Below, one piece after another: positions 58,696-64,000 of a stretch of 64,000 nt of DNA. The position numbers and the translations under genes were made by a program. How positions within the stretch are numbered: the stretch's first letter is position 1; each line of letters begins with the position of its first letter. Below the pieces are notes generated by a model, which saw only the letters and a program-made list of their open reading frames with translations, did not search any database and had not been told where the DNA came from. The stretch covers positions 288,001-352,000 of the forward strand of contig CAWCRS010000002.1 of assembly GCA_963798085.1 (NCBI GenBank), read 5' to 3'. Source of the stretch: an uncultured Gemmatimonadales bacterium (GTDB lineage: Bacteria; Gemmatimonadota; Gemmatimonadetes; Longimicrobiales; RSA9).

Positions 58696-59118
58696 ATGGG
58701 CGCGACTTCGCAAGGGTACAAAGCCACCAGCGGTAACTGGAAGGCCTACAAGAATGCGACGGGAACCGTGACGTCCACCGGGAAGTCGGCCGAATCACAC
58801 GCCGAGCGCCTGGCGTATACGGGCTTCGGCAACATCCAGGACAACCCGCTCCTTCTGGTGCAGGACGCCTTCCCCTGCTTCGACAAGTGCCACGCGTTCT
58901 TCAAGAACCTGTCCAAGGCCGGCAAGAGTGTCATTATCAAGGTCACCGCGGACAACACCTACGACGCCGCCAGCTACGCCGCCGATGGACTGATCACGAA
59001 GCCCTACGCCTTCCCGTACTATATCTACTACCACGGCGGCGCGGCCACGATTTCCAACGCGTCACCGCCGGTGTCGCCGGGCGGTTTTCCGGTGCATCCA
59101 GCGCCCATGGCGGTGTGA
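58696..59118 (+). CDS. Small zinc-dependent deaminase-fold protein
   Basis: SD GGAGG, TAGAAT at 58652, SHAERLAY...QDAFPCFDKCH (HxE...PCxxxC), 140 aa. Confidence 0.7.
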   Translation: MGATSQGYKATSGNWKAYKNATGTVTSTGKSAESHAERLAYTGFGNIQDNPLLLVQDAFPCFDKCHAFFKNLSKAGKSVIIKVTADNTYDAASYAADGLITKPYAFPYYIYYHGGAATISNASPPVSPGGFPVHPAPMAV

Positions 59119-59155
59119 CGCTGCGGTTTTCTGCGATGTGCTGTCGAACCATGGC

Positions 59156-59857
59156 CTAGCTTCCATCCGAGGGCAGCTCGCGGGGTGGTGTTGCCGTGCG
59201 CAGCGCAAGTCTCGCGACAATGCCTTCCATTTGACTGCGACGGGTGCGCACCCAGCGCGGCAGGCGCATGGCGCCCATTCCGAACGTGCCGAGGCCGATC
59301 AGCCCGAGGCTGCCCAAGGCGCTGATATCGACGGCACCGGTTCTCGCCAGTGCGGCCACTGCAGTGACTGCGGCCATGCCAACGAAAGCGAGCCCCACCG
59401 TCATCAGGCGCTGCGAATCACCCTTGACTGTCCTCAGCCGGAGCCGTTGTTGTCCACCGGCCGTCGGCTCGAGCAATGCCTGCAGATTTCCGTTCGTCCA
59501 CTGGCGGAAGGATCCTTCCGCGCTGACGCGACCACGCGCGTCGAATGTCTCGCGCAGATCAACGACCAGCTGCTCCCATTCCTCTTCCGACAACCGGCGC
59601 CCCAGTTCGATGGTGCGACCCACACCGATCGGCATGCCCAGGAAGCGGCGCCCTGCCGGTTCTGCGGTTCGATCCAGCGATCGCGCGGCGTCCGCAACCG
59701 CATCGGCGGAGAGGCCGACCTCGCGTCCAATGTCCTGCAGATCAGCCAGCGTCATACCGGACCCCGATGTCACCTGGCGCCGGCCGACCTTGTCGCTGTC
59801 CGCAGCACGACCGAAGATCTCGGCCGCTTCGCCTTCACTGTAGCGTCGCTCGCTCAT
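59156..59857 (-). CDS. Hypothetical membrane protein
   Basis: RRYSEGEAAEIFGRA...GMTLADLQDIGREVG, two TM helices. Confidence 0.75.
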   Translation of the reverse strand: MSERRYSEGEAAEIFGRAADSDKVGRRQVTSGSGMTLADLQDIGREVGLSADAVADAARSLDRTAEPAGRRFLGMPIGVGRTIELGRRLSEEEWEQLVVDLRETFDARGRVSAEGSFRQWTNGNLQALLEPTAGGQQRLRLRTVKGDSQRLMTVGLAFVGMAAVTAVAALARTGAVDISALGSLGLIGLGTFGMGAMRLPRWVRTRRSQMEGIVARLALRTATPPRELPSDGS

Positions 59858-60385
59858 GTCAGCCGCCATTGCGCGCCTGCATGTCCGTGGCGTTCACCGC
59901 GCAGCCCGTCACCGGTGAAACGTGTCCCGGAAATCTAGTCGAACGGAACGGCTCTGAGAACGCCCTGCCGCATACCCTCCCCCTGAACGGGCTGGACGAC
60001 GACGCCTGACCATGCCGCTGCCGGCGCGCCGGCACTGCGTTTCGTGCCACGGTCCGCACCGCAGCACTGTGCTGCGCACGGAGGACGCCGGCCGAACACG
60101 CTCCACACCCGGCTGCTCACGCCGCCCTCGCCTAACCCCTGGTTATATCCGCGTGCGGATCGCCGGACCTGTGATGCTTGCGAGTGCGATGTGGAGCCGT
60201 CGTCGCCCTGAGCACTGCCGGGCGGTGAGAAGAAAACGGCCGACGCTGCGTGACACGAGTCGCCGGTCACGCAGTGGGGCCAGTCGTTCCCGCCGCTGCG
60301 CCGGCCGCACCGGGCCGGTTGCGGGCGCTCACGGCAGAGCACCGCCGGACGGACGTGACCCTGAGATCAGGAGGATAGCACCAGG

Positions 60386-61042
60386 ATGCGCAGCGTATTC
60401 GCAGCCGCCGCTGCAGCTCTGCTCATTGTTGTTCCCGGCGCGCAGGCACAGCGCACCGACCACCGCCCGGCCAACTGGGTGCCGCAGACTCTGGGACTCT
60501 CGCTGGGCGCGAACCCGATGATCGCGACTGGACTCACGATCGCAGGTCCGGGCATGCGCGGAGAGCTCAAGACCAACATGGGTGAGGGCGCGGGCGTGCA
60601 GGTGGCCTGCGGCTTCACACCACAGTTCACCGTGTTCGCCAGCGCCGGCGTGGCCAAACAGGCAACAGACATGGACGGCTTCGACGGCAGCACGGGCCTC
60701 GCCCACCTCGAAGTGGGCGGTCGCATGAATTTCCCGCAGCCGGGGAAGCGCACGGTGCCTGCATCACGGCGCTCTACGGCAAGTGCGGCCTGGGGGCGCG
60801 CTCCACCGGCGGCGGGGTGTCCGCGACCATGCATATCACCGGTACCGAGCCGGGCGCGGGCGGGGGCGGGGGGCATCCTGTACGCGCTCTCGCCCGTGCT
60901 CTCGCTGGACGCGGGCGTGATCGGCAGCCGCGGCAAGTTCACGAACATCACGGTCACCGGTGACGTGCACAGCGACGGCCCCATTGATGTCGACAATACC
61001 ACCAGCCTCCGCCTCAAGGTTGGTTTCCTCTGGCACCCGTGA
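60386..61042 (+). CDS. Outer-membrane beta-barrel protein with a compensated internal frameshift
   Basis: Signal peptide AQA, terminal LRLKVGFLWHP. Segment ~60761-60873 reads better in another frame (ITALYGKCGLGARS...). Confidence 0.65.
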   Translation: MRSVFAAAAAALLIVVPGAQAQRTDHRPANWVPQTLGLSLGANPMIATGLTIAGPGMRGELKTNMGEGAGVQVACGFTPQFTVFASAGVAKQATDMDGFDGSTGLAHLEVGGRMNFPQPGKRTVPASRRSTASAAWGRAPPAAGCPRPCISPVPSRARAGAGGILYALSPVLSLDAGVIGSRGKFTNITVTGDVHSDGPIDVDNTTSLRLKVGFLWHP

Positions 61043-61507
61043 TGCCGGAGCCCCTCTAACTACCTGTTGGAAACCGGCGGAGGATCACGATGACACGCAA
61101 CGCAATGCTGATCCTGGCGGCCGCGCTCGCGGCCGCGCTGTACGTGGATGATCGCGTTCCCGGCTTGGGGCCGGCGCTCACGTTCTCCAGCTGAACATGG
61201 CGGATATCGACGCGAGCAAGACGCCAACCGCACGCCCGCAGCCGCGCGAGCGTGGCTTCGCCAGCTTCAACGATGCCGTCAAGGTGCGGGGCGCGTCGAC
61301 GGCCTGTTTCCGGATCAGTGGTGCGGGCCGGCCGGCCACGGCGATCCGCGCCAGTGACGTCGGTGGCGCAAACCTTCCCGGGACCATGCGCCTGTGGATT
61401 CTTCGCCTGCAGTGAGCCACCGGCGGGAGCCGCGCGCGTCCGCGGCTCCCGCTGCTGCACGCTTCAGCACAACCGGTCGAGTTCCCGCACGATTCAGCAT
61501 GCTTGCC

Positions 61508-61970
61508 TCAACCAGCCTCGACGAGTGCTGCGAGTTTGGCAAGTGACGAATGCCAGCCCGCCTCGTTATCCGAGGGCGGCACGCCCGGCGGGACGCCGTC
61601 GTGCACCGCCACGAGATCCGTGCCGCCGCCACCGGCATCCGTCAGCGTGAACGTGATCGTCATCGCGCCGCGCAGGGCGGGGTCCGTCGTCTCGAACTCG
61701 ACCACCTCGATCACCTGCTCGTCCGGCACCAGCCGCACGAAATGGCCGTGATACGTGTCCGTGTGTGCGCTCGTCTTCCCGGTACCGGTCGGCGTGTCGT
61801 ACGTGAGGGAAACGCGGAACACGCCGCCCTCCCGGGCATTCGAACGCGTGCACCTGGCTGGTCATGCCTGCCGGTACCATCCAGTTCGCGACCGCGCGCG
61901 CATTGATAAGCGCACGATAGACCGTCGCGCGCGGCGCGTTCATATGGCAGCTGATGCGCGAAGAACTCAT
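61508..61970 (-). pseudogene. SRPBCC/AHSA1 family protein with a +1 frameshift near 61839
   Basis: MSSSRISCHMNAPRATVYRAL...WMVP continues in another frame as REGGVFRVSLTY...GWHSSLAKL. Confidence 0.8.
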
Positions 61971-62020
61971 GCCCGACCCTGCCTGTGAAGTGGTGCTCGT
62001 ACAGCGCCGGAGCCACCAGC

Positions 62021-62404
<384 letters not shown>

Positions 62405-62736
62405 GATTTGTGAGATTCAGAGGGTGGCCGTATTGCGTGAACGGTACGCAGAACAGCAACGCGCTTCGGCCGCGAGATGACGTGCAGCGCCGCGCGGCCC
62501 CGCGCATCGACCTGCGTCGACAAACGATACTTCGTCCTGTCGGCCCGAACAAGGAAGTGGCGCACCGCAGCCGATCGAGGCGCAGATGAGTCGCCCGCCT
62601 CTGAGACCCGACCGAATGCAGCGCGCGAGTCGTGTACTGCGCTGGCACCCTCCCGTGTAACGTCCGCTGAACGCGAATGGACTGACAGGAACAGCATCCG
62701 GCTCGCTCGTACGAAGCGCCGGCTGCCGCCAACCGC

Positions 62737-63246
62737 TCAGCTGCCGTAGGGAGGCATCTGCTTGCGATGGTGACGCGCGTGAATTTCCTGGAACCGCGCA
62801 AAGTCCGCTACGCTGACACTGCCGAAGACCGTGCTCGGCACGCGCTCGCCACGCGCGGCTCGCTCGCGACATGCCTTCTCGAACTCTGCCAGCGCTGCCT
62901 CGAGTCGTGCACGACCCTCCGCGGGTGTGGCCGGTCCGCTCAATGGATCCAGCGGCTTCACCGTCCTGGCCTTGGGGAAGGCGCCATTCCGCAGCACCCT
63001 GTTGAAGAAGAGCGCTCTCACGATCGGGCGCACGACACCCGGTAATGTGGGGAATTTCGACGGCACGCCCGCCACCACATGGGCCGATTCTTCCAGGGCC
63101 CGCGCAACATGCTCGACCACCTGCGATGGCGACCACTTTCCCGAAGCCCGCGGCGTCGTCCACTCGGATCCCGATGCGTCAGCCGCCGCAGCGAGGTCAC
63201 TCACCGCTGTGCGAGTGGCGCTCAGCACCTGGCCCGTCTCTGCCAT
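62737..63246 (-). CDS. DinB family protein
   Basis: KWSPSQVVEHV...HARHHRKQM. Confidence 0.8.
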   Translation of the reverse strand: MAETGQVLSATRTAVSDLAAAADASGSEWTTPRASGKWSPSQVVEHVARALEESAHVVAGVPSKFPTLPGVVRPIVRALFFNRVLRNGAFPKARTVKPLDPLSGPATPAEGRARLEAALAEFEKACRERAARGERVPSTVFGSVSVADFARFQEIHARHHRKQMPPYGS

Positions 63247-63557
63247 GCGAACCTCTCGTTCCGAATCTGATTTCCGACCGTACCGTCTTTCCAGTGGACG
63301 AGCAGCCTCACAATGCGCCGGAAAGCTGGCGTTGCGTGAATCCTCGGCGCCCGTGAGCGACCGGCCCGGGCCTGCGGTCGCGAACCTCGTGTTAGGCGAC
63401 TTTGCCGCCGCCGCAGCGCTGCCGCCGGGATTCGCTGTGCCGTCGGGCTGCCGGGGCGCTCGGGACAAGGATTGTCCGACGCAGTTCGCGCCACCGGGAA
63501 GCTACCGCGCGTACATCTCCCGGGCTACCCGGAACACCGACCGACCCGCATCGTTCC

Positions 63558-63926
63558 ATGGCGAACAGCACGCGCGACAGCGCCGGCGTGCTGCTGGTCG
63601 AGAACCGGCATGCCCGCTGGAACGGGAAGAACGCATGGCGAGTCGACACGCCGGCGGCACTCTCACGGCGCAACAGATCGAGCGATGAAGGCAAAGCAAA
63701 GGGCCTGACGTCGGGCGCGGACCACGTCTCGCCATTTGGCGAGACATTGTCGAAGCCAACGGCGCAAGCGATCGAGCTGCGTTTCTTCCATGAGCGCGGC
63801 CGCTTCCTGCGCGCGGTCGGACGGCGAGCCGCCGGGCCGGGGGAATTCGTCCCGGTGAACAACCTGTTTCATGCCGCCGGCGATTCCCTGCTGGTCGTGA
63901 GCGGTATGGCAGCCGGATCACGCTGA
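63558..63926 (+). pseudogene. Probable remnant of a 6-bladed beta-propeller protein
   Basis: RDSAGVLLVEN and LRFFHERGRFLRAVGRRAAGPGEF segments without an intact frame or signal peptide. Confidence 0.4.
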
Positions 63927-64000
63927 TGGATACACCTCCCGTTCGAGAGGACACGACTTCGTCAACTGCTGTCAGGAGGTTGGGCCACGCGCCGGCTGTC

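Noticed and set aside
61089..61415. Short ORFs after the beta-barrel gene
   Set aside because: A signal-peptide-like start ends after about 34 codons. Probably debris; no family could be assigned.

Overview
GC-rich bacterial accessory region with about 60 genes or gene remnants. The gene content (three PadR + duplicated orphan permease pairs, several DinB and VOC genes, many lipoproteins) suggests Gemmatimonadota or Acidobacteriota; that placement is inference. I found no rRNA, tRNA, CRISPR array or intact mobile element. Main discovery: four dispersed ankyrin-repeat genes (starts 1971-, 22062+, 35484-, 38116-) are each preceded by a sigma70-like promoter and a homologous ~125-nt structured 5' leader. 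The leader has an invariant GTCCGC/GCGGAC pseudoknot pairing, stems with compensatory changes, and a stem that sequesters the Shine-Dalgarno sequence. All four proteins share a short N-terminal helical domain (L..L.K.A+.L...L..AQ...AR..G...W). The same domain sits at the C-terminus of an ECF sigma-ankyrin fusion (10414-12903) that has no leader, and a sixth ankyrin gene lacks both. This looks like a candidate undescribed RNA-leader/protein regulatory family. Other notable items: a TIR-TM-PASTA-dead-papain receptor-like protein, a standalone 140-aa HAE...PCxxxC deaminase, a collapsed vapBC/methyltransferase/helicase remnant, split LigD domains, an ECF41 sigma factor with its canonical promoter, an AAC(6')-like GNAT, and a cluster of broken genes after 51 kb.
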